Part shown: positions 8,984-17,091 of the stretch, piece by piece
How positions within the stretch are numbered: the stretch's first letter is position 1
How the letters are laid out: every line of letters starts with the position of its first letter
Virus record (IMG/VR): IMGVR_UViG_3300029244_000004
DNA from: a virus
DNA length: 44,979 nucleotides
Reading direction: 5' to 3' (one strand)
Translations under genes and position numbers: made by a program
The notes under the pieces: model-generated
Seen by the model: only the letters and a program-made list of their open reading frames with translations
Told to the model about the DNA's origin: nothing
Database searches by the model: none

Positions 8984-9271
8984 TCAGGTTGATTTCGTGA
9001 CGGTAACGGTGTAAACCTTCTGCGCCGCCCCGTTTTTCACCGTGATAGTAACTGTGTTTGCCCCCTCCGCCCAGGTAGCCGCCGCGCCATTGCTTACGGG
9101 CGTTTCGCCATTCAAGATGGTTACTGTCGCCTCGTCATCCTCTGGCGTTGCGGTGATGGTGTTGGTAGCGTTTGTCGTGTTGGCTGTATACTCCGTCGCA
9201 TCTGGGTCAAACGACGGAGTTAGTGTCAGCGCGCCAATCGTCAGCCCCGAGAGGCGCGCGCTTAACCCCCC
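8984..9271 (-). CDS. -1 frame C-terminal extension of the major capsid protein encoding an Ig/cadherin-like beta-sandwich domain (93 codons)
   Basis: The -1 frame is open from the slippery site to TGA at 8986-8984. There is no ATG/GTG/TTG before codon 51. Translation: LSARLSGLTIGALTLTPSFDPDATEYTANTTNATNTITATPEDDEATVTILNGETPVSNGAAATWAEGANTVTITVKNGAAQKVYTVTVTKST. Confidence 0.7.
   Translation of the reverse strand, partial: GGLSARLSGLTIGALTLTPSFDPDATEYTANTTNATNTITATPEDDEATVTILNGETPVSNGAAATWAEGANTVTITVKNGAAQKVYTVTVTKST
9229..9271 (-). promoter_or_regulatory. programmed -1 ribosomal frameshift signal
   Basis: The mRNA reads GCG GGG GGT TAA. The heptamer G_GGG_GGT lies at 9271-9265, followed by a 5-nt spacer. 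A 7-bp all-GC stem (9259-9253 pairing with 9235-9229) has a 17-nt loop. Confidence 0.65.
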
Positions 9272-10233
9272 GCTGGCTCGTAGACAGCAAAAGGGAAGGC
9301 GTTCTCCAGCCCCGCATTATAGGCGTTGATGGGATTGGGGATCTCCCAGCCCAGCCGCATGACGGCACGGAGAGCCACCATGTCATTCTGCATCAGGTTA
9401 TAAAGGATGTTTCCGGTAGTGGGGTCCTGCACCACACCGCTGTCAAAGATCTTGAAGGTCATATCCTGCCGGATGGCATAGACCAACTGGCTCCAGTCAC
9501 CCACAATGGCCAGGGATTCCTCCGGGTCAAAAGCGCCGTTGACAGGGAAGTACATAGACATACCATCCAGCGCGTAGCGGGTGTCACCCTGCATGTCGGT
9601 CTTGAAAATGGGCTGACCGTTCTTGTCCACCAGGCCGCGCAGCTTGGCCCGCATCTGGATAGCAGCCATCACGCCGTTGGGGATATAACCGCTCTCCTCC
9701 ACTTTGGCGATCACACCGCCCTCACCCATGATGTCCTTGAAAATATCGCTGGTAGCAGTCACAACAGCGTTTGCAGTAGTAGCCGAAGGAACCAAGCCCT
9801 CACGCCAGGAGGTGGGCTTGTCCGTGCCGTACAGGATGGCGGCGTCGATGACCTTACCGAATGCTTCCTGGAGACGGGGGCGTACTTCACCCCAGATGTC
9901 GTAGTTGCTGTCATCCAGCACTGCCTCTGGGATGGGGACGATGACAGCGATCTCCTCGGCGTAGATTTTCTTCTTGTCCCACGCCATGTTGGTGGTCTTT
10001 TTGAGGGATGCCTTGGAGTCAGACGCTCCAGTCGTAGCCTCGCCGTTCACAAAGTAGGCGGTGGGCAGTGCGTCCAGCACGTTAAGGGTCTGGGTCTTAC
10101 TGGTCATGTTGGGCAGCCGTCTGGCCATCCGCAGCACGGCGGACTCCGTTACGGCTCCCTGGATAATCTCACGGGTCACGGGTTCAGGAATAAGCCCGGA
10201 AAGTTTACTTCTATCAATAATATCAACAGCCAT
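9262..10233 (-). CDS. major capsid protein (HK97 fold), zero-frame product
   Basis: 323 aa following the scaffold gene. The sequence pattern is HK97-family (..LRMARRLPNMTSKTQTLNVL..AYFVNGE..IAVIVPIPEAVLDDS..). Confidence 0.85.
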   Translation of the reverse strand: MAVDIIDRSKLSGLIPEPVTREIIQGAVTESAVLRMARRLPNMTSKTQTLNVLDALPTAYFVNGEATTGASDSKASLKKTTNMAWDKKKIYAEEIAVIVPIPEAVLDDSNYDIWGEVRPRLQEAFGKVIDAAILYGTDKPTSWREGLVPSATTANAVVTATSDIFKDIMGEGGVIAKVEESGYIPNGVMAAIQMRAKLRGLVDKNGQPIFKTDMQGDTRYALDGMSMYFPVNGAFDPEESLAIVGDWSQLVYAIRQDMTFKIFDSGVVQDPTTGNILYNLMQNDMVALRAVMRLGWEIPNPINAYNAGLENAFPFAVYEPAGG

Positions 10234-10246
10234 TTAGGTTCTCCTT

Positions 10247-10747
10247 TCATTTCAGTGCGCCCCGAATCAGGGCATTCATTACATCGTTTTCTCCTGTTTT
10301 GGAGCTTCCGCCACCCACAGGAGCGGTCCAGTCAAAAGTGGTCTTTTTGCGGTCAGCGGTCAGGGCGTCCACGGCTTGCTCAAAGGTGGTCTTATCGTCC
10401 ACCATCTTCCAAGCCTTGAAGGCGATAAACTCCGCCTCCTCGCCGGTCAGGCCCTTCTTCAGAACGTACAGTTCCCGTTTCAACTGGTCCCGCTCGCTTT
10501 CCGCGGCGGTCAGTTTGCCGGAGAGGGTGTCCCGCTCGCCGGTCAGCTTATCCCAGCGTTCTTTCTCACCAGCCTGTCCAGTTTGCCAAGTGCGGTAGGC
10601 AGTCAGTTCTTCCTCGCTGGGCATCCCCTTCATGGCTTTTGCAAGCCGCTTGCCAATCATGGCATCCACTTCCGCCTGAGTGAAGGTTTTCTCAGGGGCG
10701 GGCTCCGGCGCAGGGGCCGGGGTAGGGTTATTGATAGGTTCGCTCAT
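10247..10747 (-). CDS. scaffolding protein (DUF4355-like)
   Basis: 166 aa with a PAPAPEP N-terminus, TQAEVDAMIGKRLAK and coiled-coil sequence, located upstream of the capsid gene. Confidence 0.75.
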   Translation of the reverse strand: MSEPINNPTPAPAPEPAPEKTFTQAEVDAMIGKRLAKAMKGMPSEEELTAYRTWQTGQAGEKERWDKLTGERDTLSGKLTAAESERDQLKRELYVLKKGLTGEEAEFIAFKAWKMVDDKTTFEQAVDALTADRKKTTFDWTAPVGGGSSKTGENDVMNALIRGALK

Positions 10748-10809
10748 AAATACCTCCGTTTATTGTCAGGGCCGTCGCCCTGCGGTTTTACGCCTCTCGG
10801 CATGGATAC

Positions 10810-10861
10810 AAAAGAAAAAGCGTGGGCAACCAACTACAATCTGTAGTCAGTTACCCACGCT
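10810..10861 (-). terminator. strong intrinsic terminator inside the head module
   Basis: Minus-strand RNA: AGCGUGGGUAAC...GUUGCCCACGCU. An inner CUACA-GAU-UGUAG helix extends it to about 20 bp. It is followed by UUUUUCUUUU. Confidence 0.8.
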
Positions 10862-10881
10862 CGGGTCTTCCGCCTCAACGC

Positions 10882-11052
10882 TTAGAGTCGGGAGCAATAT
10901 TCATTTGATTTCGGATATTCCGCCGTTTCCACCCTTGTTTTTGATAAATCAATAGAAGCACATTCCGTCTTTAATCGCTCATTTTCTCGGATTAGGTCAG
11001 CCACTCGCTTTTGATTGGCATTCTCGCAAAAATCCTTCCACCAATTGCTCAC
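10882..11052 (-). CDS. 56-aa hypothetical protein of an autonomous moron (GTG start)
   Basis: GGGAGGAAG lies 9 nt before the GTG. Translation: SNWWKDFCENANQKRVADLIRENERLKTECASIDLSKTRVETAEYPKSNEYCSRL. It is bracketed by its own promoter and terminator and is AT-richer than its surroundings. Confidence 0.4.
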   Translation of the reverse strand: MSNWWKDFCENANQKRVADLIRENERLKTECASIDLSKTRVETAEYPKSNEYCSRL

Positions 11053-11082
11053 ATTCTCACTTCCTCCCGCTTGATATGTATA

Positions 11083-11111
11083 ATTTTAACACCATTTTTC
11101 ACGGGAATCAA
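11083..11111 (-). promoter_or_regulatory. sigma-70-type promoter of the moron
   Basis: Minus strand: TTGATT, 17 nt, TAAAAT. Confidence 0.55.
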
Positions 11112-11163
11112 CTCAACGCGGCTTCCTTTGGATAGAAGTGCTTCGATTATGCATTTCGCTTTA

Positions 11164-11382
11164 TCATCCAATAATATCGATGCGTTCAATTTCGTCCTCC
11201 GTAAATCCGATCAGCAAACCTTTTTCATTCTCCACATCGAACTCCAGAAACTCATTTCCATCATCGTCGAAGTCGTAATCATACCCATAGAGCTCCCCAA
11301 TCGTCATGCGCCCGCTTGTGGAAAAAACTTTAATTTTCTTTCCGAAGTAAATCTCAGGATTTTCAATTATCATTTTTTCCAC
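11164..11382 (-). CDS. small acidic protein, candidate immunity protein for the MuF-borne toxin
   Basis: 72 aa (..YGYDYDFDDDGNEFLEFDVENEKG..). Its start overlaps the last 13 nt of the toxin-bearing gene. It is AT-rich like the toxin segment. Confidence 0.55.
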   Translation of the reverse strand: MEKMIIENPEIYFGKKIKVFSTSGRMTIGELYGYDYDFDDDGNEFLEFDVENEKGLLIGFTEDEIERIDIIG

Positions 11383-12932
11383 CTCCCCGAAAATGGAACG
11401 CCATGAGCTCCGCTTTTGCTATAATGGATTTTGATGCTTCTTGCAATTATTATATCACCGTTTCTATTGATTGTATATCCAATCTCTTTGCCGGCGTCAA
11501 TAATTTCTGTATTTTTCCACTTTTTAAAATCATCTGTAAAATTGATTTTCCCGCTACCTGCCTTTGCGTTTATGATGGCTTGTAACTCCTCCATAGAAAC
11601 CGTTATTACACTTCTACCCGGTATAGCCATACCAGCCATATGCCGCGCTTGTTTCTCTGGATTGATTTCCAACGGATACTCACCGCTTTGGATTGCCTGC
11701 CTGATCGGTGCTTCCGCATCGCGCTGTATTTTGAGGGCTGAAGCCATTTGCTCAGATGCCACATCGGTATAGGTAACTTTCATCCGTTCCCGCTGCAACG
11801 GCAGCCCAGCCGCCTCGCTGAACGACTTATATTCTGCGTTTAGCCGCCGAATGCGGGCTGTCACCGATTGAGCGTCCTCTTCCAGCCCTGCGGCCTTGTA
11901 TGCCGTCTGTTCCCGCTTCAGCTTGCGGACGGTCCGCTCGATTTGCCTCTGCTTCTGGGTAGCCTCATAGGCTGTATAGTGCTTACCCTCAAAGTCAACG
12001 TCGTGGCCGTCGTCAATGTGGGCCAGCTCCTCATCGGTGTATGTGCGCTCCATCACACCATCCACAAATGCAGTCCTGATATGACGGCAGTTGGCTCCTT
12101 CCAGTCCATCCACATAACCAAGGCCGCACACCTCGTAGATGTTCGGATACTTGTCCCCGGCTCTGACAGAGTACACACGGCCCTGCCATAACTTGTGGTT
12201 CTGCCAGCCGACACCCTTATCCCGTGCCCCGATGTGGGCGGACACTTCAAAATAAGGTGTTTCCAGATATTCAGCACTCTGCTCCGTGTACTTGGCACAG
12301 AGCTGGGATACGCCTGTCATCACTGCACGACGGGCAGCCACGTCAATTTGGTCTCGGTGTCCGCTCTCGTAATCCACGATCTTGATACCGCTGTCCGCAA
12401 GCTGTTTGACGGCGCTTTTGATGGCCTGATTGTAAGAGATGGCCCCGCTCGTGATCTGCATCTCCGCATTGTCCAGCGCCCATTGATAGGCTTTTGCAGG
12501 CTTCAGCATCGTCCGCCCATTGTCCACCAGAAATCCCATGGAGCGGGTCAGGTTTCCAACCTCCCGCTGTGCCTGTGCCATGATGGCGGCAATCTCGGTG
12601 ACACTCACAAGCATTTCAGGTGCAGTCACCCCCGCAAGGTCTATGACCTCTCGGTAGTACCGCTGGTTACGCTCTACTACGTCGTCCAGCAGCTTTTTAA
12701 GGTCCCGCTGGCTGATGTTGGTGGTGCGTTGGATGGCCTTTTCGATTTCCTCCAGGCTGATGCCGTGGGAGCGAAGCGCCCGGATGTCCTGCACCGTGAC
12801 CTCGTTCAACTCGCCAGCCAGTTTCAGCCGGGAGCATATCTCGTTAAGGAGGATCGCCTCCAGACTGCGGTATAGTTCGGTCAGTCCTTCCGGGAGAGCA
12901 TCGAGAAGTTCCGGGGTGAATGGATATCTCAT
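11370..12932 (-). CDS. head morphogenesis / minor capsid protein (MuF, SPP1 gp7-like) with C-terminal Ntox50-like polymorphic toxin domain
   Basis: The gene follows the portal. The N-terminal two thirds match the minor-capsid-protein-2/MuF pattern (..EGANCRHIRTAFVDG..). The last about 125 aa read NPEKQARHMAG..PGRSVITVSMEELQ..AGSGK..W.NTE..IGY..IKIHYSKSGAHGVP. Confidence 0.8.
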   Translation of the reverse strand: MRYPFTPELLDALPEGLTELYRSLEAILLNEICSRLKLAGELNEVTVQDIRALRSHGISLEEIEKAIQRTTNISQRDLKKLLDDVVERNQRYYREVIDLAGVTAPEMLVSVTEIAAIMAQAQREVGNLTRSMGFLVDNGRTMLKPAKAYQWALDNAEMQITSGAISYNQAIKSAVKQLADSGIKIVDYESGHRDQIDVAARRAVMTGVSQLCAKYTEQSAEYLETPYFEVSAHIGARDKGVGWQNHKLWQGRVYSVRAGDKYPNIYEVCGLGYVDGLEGANCRHIRTAFVDGVMERTYTDEELAHIDDGHDVDFEGKHYTAYEATQKQRQIERTVRKLKREQTAYKAAGLEEDAQSVTARIRRLNAEYKSFSEAAGLPLQRERMKVTYTDVASEQMASALKIQRDAEAPIRQAIQSGEYPLEINPEKQARHMAGMAIPGRSVITVSMEELQAIINAKAGSGKINFTDDFKKWKNTEIIDAGKEIGYTINRNGDIIIARSIKIHYSKSGAHGVPFSGRWKK

Positions 12933-14350
12933 TCAATCTCCTCTTCCTCCTCGTCTGTCATATCCTCCATCTTTGGAAGCATCTTCTTTGCCGTGGCCTC
13001 GTCCTCGTTCATCCACTTAGACCGGAACTCCCAGTCATTCATGATACCGGCGTTCAGAAGCTGCATATCCCTGGCAAAATCAGACTGCTTGTCCTCGATG
13101 ATGGAGTCATCAAAGTCAATGGAAATCTCCACGTCCTCATTCAGTCCGGCATTCATGGCCGTGTTTCCCAGGCGGAGGATGATCCGGCACAGCTCGGTCA
13201 ATACCTGCTCCAGAATGATTTCATGTTTCTTGATCGTACGGAACATGGTGCTGTTCTCGCTGATGACCTGCGTCGCTGTAGCCACGCTACCCTGGTCGAA
13301 TCTGTAATGGTTCTCTCCGAATCCGCACTTGCTGGACAGCAAATTGAGCTGGTCCTGGATTCCTGTATTGTGCTCCTGCGTCCGAAGGGTCATATCAATG
13401 GGGGTGATGATCCCGTTATTGTCCGTATCCTCCGGGAGCACATAATATGTCAGGTCGTCTGGGTCGAAAAACGGCTCTCCATCCAAGTCCTTTGTAGCTG
13501 AGGGCTTTACCATGATACGCTTTTTCCCCAGGATGAACTCGTTTACATAGCTGTCATAAGCCACGTCCACGCCCTTGAGCACGTCGATGGCGTTGGCAAA
13601 CACAGAGATGCCAAGAGGAATATTATCGTCGTAGTTGTTGGCGATGTTGGGCCGGTCAATGACAAACTGCCGACGGTCCGACCCAGTATGTACCACCTGT
13701 GGAACCCGCTCAAAGCCTGACACATCAGCCAGTAAAACTTCCGCATCCACATTGTTGTTCCGGTATCGGTAGAGCCGGTTCTCAATGTCGTACAGGCCGT
13801 TGACCTTGTGGTGGATCTGGAGGTAGCAGTAGTCCTCTCCATTGATTGTAACGATGCTGTCAAAAGCGCACTCTGTAATGATTCCATTCCGCCATGCCAG
13901 CGGCCAAATGTGCTCTACGGTCACATAGTCCATCACAATTCCGTCGGCGCTTCCGGGGACAGGCCCTTCTTCCGTGGCCTCCATGCCCACAACCCTGGGG
14001 ATAAAGGCTACCGTCCCAAGGGCAAACGCCTTTTCCTGCATCTCATTGGATTTCACCAAAAAGTTGTTTTCCTCGAATACTCGGTCAACAAATTCCTGCT
14101 CTTTGCTGCCCTCCAGGGTGATTACTACCTTCTCGTTCATCAGAAGGTTCGCCCAATCCTCCGGGATTTTCTTGCCCATATTGAGAGTGTACCGCTTGCA
14201 CCGAACCACACTAGCCCCGTTGTGGACCTTGTACCTGTGGAATCCCTTCACGTCGCCCACATACCAAGACTTCCACTCCTGCACTTTTGTGTAAAACTCC
14301 TCCGGCACCGTGGAGTAACCAAGCTCTTTCAGTTTTTCTGTAATATTCAT
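12929..14350 (-). CDS. portal protein (SPP1 gp6-like)
   Basis: 473 aa directly after the large terminase, with an acidic C-terminus (EEEEEIE). Confidence 0.85.
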   Translation of the reverse strand: MNITEKLKELGYSTVPEEFYTKVQEWKSWYVGDVKGFHRYKVHNGASVVRCKRYTLNMGKKIPEDWANLLMNEKVVITLEGSKEQEFVDRVFEENNFLVKSNEMQEKAFALGTVAFIPRVVGMEATEEGPVPGSADGIVMDYVTVEHIWPLAWRNGIITECAFDSIVTINGEDYCYLQIHHKVNGLYDIENRLYRYRNNNVDAEVLLADVSGFERVPQVVHTGSDRRQFVIDRPNIANNYDDNIPLGISVFANAIDVLKGVDVAYDSYVNEFILGKKRIMVKPSATKDLDGEPFFDPDDLTYYVLPEDTDNNGIITPIDMTLRTQEHNTGIQDQLNLLSSKCGFGENHYRFDQGSVATATQVISENSTMFRTIKKHEIILEQVLTELCRIILRLGNTAMNAGLNEDVEISIDFDDSIIEDKQSDFARDMQLLNAGIMNDWEFRSKWMNEDEATAKKMLPKMEDMTDEEEEEIE

Positions 14351-15585
14351 GCCGTTATTCCCATCCTTCGGAATACTCTCTCCAGGGCATATCTAGTAGC
14401 GTCAATCAGGTGATTGTTCTCATCAGGATAACCGCTGATAATTTCTCCGTCCTTATTTCGCTCATACTCATAATTCACAAACTCGTTGTATGCATTTGGC
14501 GTTCTTCTGCGGTCAATGACAATCTTCCGCCTCTGGAGCCACTTCATGCCGTACTCTACACTCCCAGAGCCTTTAATTGCTTCTTTGGCTGGGAGCCCCA
14601 TCGCCCGGTAGTCTGCTGATGATTTAGGCTCTGCGCTGTCGCAGGTAATGTAAGCGTCCTTGTACCCTTTGGAAAGAATCAACTTCCCGCTCGCCTCGTT
14701 GGTCAGCTTATTTTGGTATATCTCGTCCATCAGATAAATCGTCTCTCTGGCCCGATCATAGTGGAGGCGGATAAAGGCAAAGGGGTCAGGAAACCAGCCC
14801 CAGTCCACGCCTTGATAAATCTTGTCAAAAGACGCAATCTCTTTGTCTGTGATCTCCCGCAACTCAAGGTTTTCGAATACGTTCCCGCCAGTTCCAACAG
14901 CTTCACCTAGATATTCATGACGGTACGCCCGCTCATCTGTGGCTTTCAGGTGCTCGGCTTCCGCCATGAACTGCGCTCCCAGCCACTCTGGCGGGGCCTC
15001 AAGGTATGTACTCTTGTGGCACAGCCTGTCCACCCGCTCCTCCAAACTGTCCTTGTTGGCCCAGTTATCCCGGCTGATTGGTGGATTGTAGCTCTCAAAA
15101 TTCCAGAACTTCGACCCACCTCTCATGGTAGATTGCAGTATAGTTCGGATCTCAGCCCGACCAGCGAACTGATCTTTCTCCTCAAAATGGGTGACGGCGA
15201 TATAGCCAAAGGGAACCTTGATAGACTTGATTTTCATGGGATCATCCGCACCCCGGAACATAATTTTCTGGCCGGTTGGCCTATAAATCAGTTCCATAGG
15301 CTGCACCTTTGCATCCCAGTATTCTGCCATTCCAAGCTCTCCAATGCCCCAGAGATATTGTGCGTATACACTGTCTCGAATCGTATTAGCTACCTTTCGG
15401 AGCACAAGGGCGTGAGTCCCTGGGTTGTTTATCAGCAGCAACGGAACTAGTAAGGACACACAGGAGGATTTCAGTGAGCCTCGGCCGCCGGACAGGTCGT
15501 AGTGTGTATGTCCGTGCTGAAATACATCACGGGCCAGCAAATGAAATGCGGGGCCAAGTACAGTAGATAAGCGCACCTCAGACAT
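14347..15585 (-). CDS. terL: terminase large subunit (PBSX/Terminase_3-like)
   Basis: 412 aa with a Walker A-like LSGGRGSLKSS and a nuclease-half pattern. It is flanked by the small terminase and portal genes. Confidence 0.9.
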   Translation of the reverse strand: MSEVRLSTVLGPAFHLLARDVFQHGHTHYDLSGGRGSLKSSCVSLLVPLLLINNPGTHALVLRKVANTIRDSVYAQYLWGIGELGMAEYWDAKVQPMELIYRPTGQKIMFRGADDPMKIKSIKVPFGYIAVTHFEEKDQFAGRAEIRTILQSTMRGGSKFWNFESYNPPISRDNWANKDSLEERVDRLCHKSTYLEAPPEWLGAQFMAEAEHLKATDERAYRHEYLGEAVGTGGNVFENLELREITDKEIASFDKIYQGVDWGWFPDPFAFIRLHYDRARETIYLMDEIYQNKLTNEASGKLILSKGYKDAYITCDSAEPKSSADYRAMGLPAKEAIKGSGSVEYGMKWLQRRKIVIDRRRTPNAYNEFVNYEYERNKDGEIISGYPDENNHLIDATRYALERVFRRMGITA

Positions 15586-16003
15586 CTATGACCACCTTGA
15601 CTTCCATATCCTCACTTGTTTTTTCGATGGGCTTGTCCCTCCACCTGTCCGGTCTTCGGTTCTTCAGCCAGAAGATTTGCGCCGTGGTATCCGGAATCAC
15701 TGTCTTAACGGTCTGGATGACCTTTCGCCCGTCCTTTTCGCTGATCTCTACCCGCTCCTCCATGTACTCGTAGCCCAGGGCCCGTTTCAGAAGAGCGTTT
15801 TCCACCTGGATATCCACGATTTCTTTGCCCTTTTTTATGGCCTCCGAAAACTCAGGGAACTTGTTTTTCCAATCGTATAGCGTGGTTGCGGATATACCAA
15901 TCTTTTCCGCAAGCTGTTCATCTGTCAGCCCATCCCGTGCCCATCCTTCAAGTAGCAAGAGCCCATCCGGCTCCAGCCACCGTTGATATTTGCCTTTCGC
16001 CAC
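15578..16003 (-). CDS. terS: terminase small subunit (HTH)
   Basis: GTG start with GAGGTGGTGA upstream. The sequence LTDEQLAEKIGISATTLYDWKNKFPEF forms an HTH. The gene overlaps terL. Confidence 0.75.
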   Translation of the reverse strand: MAKGKYQRWLEPDGLLLLEGWARDGLTDEQLAEKIGISATTLYDWKNKFPEFSEAIKKGKEIVDIQVENALLKRALGYEYMEERVEISEKDGRKVIQTVKTVIPDTTAQIFWLKNRRPDRWRDKPIEKTSEDMEVKVVIDV

Positions 16004-16082
16004 AATGGGCTCACCACCTCAATCAAAATTTCCCGTACCCTCCCCCCTCCCATCATTTCAGCGAGACGGGCACGCCCTTGTA

Positions 16083-16721
16083 TCAAAGCTCCATATTGGG
16101 GTAAACATTTTCCCACACTTTCATATGGTAAATATTTACCTCGCCATAGTTCGCGTCGAAGATCTTTCTAACTCCATAGCCCATCCGCTCACTGACATTT
16201 TTCAGTTTTCTCCAGTCAAAGTCTTTATGAGATCGTCCGTTCATGTGTGCGACTCTCTTGATGGAATACCATTCCCTGCTTCTGTCCAGTTCTGCCTCCA
16301 GCGCTTTTCTTTTGTCCTGCTCTCCTTTTAAGGCTGTACACAACTGGATCATCACATCTGGATTCAAGATTGCCGCCTCAAGAGTTTCTGGGGTCATGTA
16401 AGCTCCATGCTTACGGACAGATGGAATCACTTCGCTTGTTACCCACCGCTTGAATTTTTTTGCTGTGGGAAGTTTGCTGGAGAGCACCAGAGAATACAGG
16501 CCACTCTCGTTGATGATGGTCATGTTTCTGGACTGGCTGCCGTCGTGAATCCCGACGTTAGCTTTATCCTCGTCATCCACGTGCCGATCGAGCGCATCAC
16601 GTGGGTTGCTGTACCCCAGGGCCTGGGCAACATCCTTGCCTACCAGCCACGGTTCGCCCTTTACTTCAACAGTGCGGATGACTCCAAACTCTGGGCTTTC
16701 AAAGAGCTTCATTTTGTTCAT
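16083..16721 (-). CDS. Bro-N / antirepressor family protein
   Basis: The N-terminal FGVIRTVEVKGEPWLVGKDVAQALGY..PRDALDRHVD is a Bro-N pattern, followed by a KilAC/ANT-like C-terminus. Confidence 0.75.
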   Translation of the reverse strand: MNKMKLFESPEFGVIRTVEVKGEPWLVGKDVAQALGYSNPRDALDRHVDDEDKANVGIHDGSQSRNMTIINESGLYSLVLSSKLPTAKKFKRWVTSEVIPSVRKHGAYMTPETLEAAILNPDVMIQLCTALKGEQDKRKALEAELDRSREWYSIKRVAHMNGRSHKDFDWRKLKNVSERMGYGVRKIFDANYGEVNIYHMKVWENVYPNMEL

Positions 16722-16761
16722 GTGAGAGGTCTCCTTTCGTATATGTTAGGAGAGGTGGCGG

Positions 16762-17084
16762 GGGCATATCCCGCCATGCGTTACCCCTCAATTTAAGCTT
16801 TCCGCCCCCATCTCCCGCAACGAGGCACGGCATATATACCCCTTCCGGGGTATGCTCCGGGTTTGGTCAGGCTTTCCGGGGGCCTGCTCTGTAAGGACTT
16901 GCGTCCTGGTGCCACCGCCCGCCTCATGCGGCGAGGAGCGGCATATAAAGCACCACCACATGGATGATGCTTTGTCCGGCATACACCGAACTTCTCTGGA
17001 GCCGAGAGGCGGGTAATGAGCCGCCACGACCTCGCCGCCGTTCCCATGGCTGCGGTCCGGCCTTCTGCTACAGCACTCGGCATA
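16762..17084 (-). promoter_or_regulatory. GC-rich non-coding region with five same-orientation (C/G)GGCATA repeats (candidate pac / regulatory array)
   Basis: Exact CGGCATA occurs at 16828, 16939, 16977 and 17078, with GGGCATA at 16762 (plus-strand coordinates). Only R-rich spurious ORFs are present, and there are many GC hairpins. Confidence 0.4.
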
Positions 17085-17091
17085 TTTTTGA

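Noticed and set aside
9172-10419. 415-aa plus-strand ORF (and 9042..9329) antisense to the capsid and scaffold genes
   Set aside because: Its composition is low-complexity G/H/V/L-rich. It overlaps two well-supported genes and is a typical spurious long ORF in GC-rich antisense sequence.
16788-17083. 79- and 96-aa minus-strand ORFs, plus 17425..17749 ORFs on both strands, in the GC-rich gap
   Set aside because: They are Arg/Pro/Gly-rich, mutually overlapping in several frames and lack RBS. The region is better explained as structured non-coding DNA/RNA.
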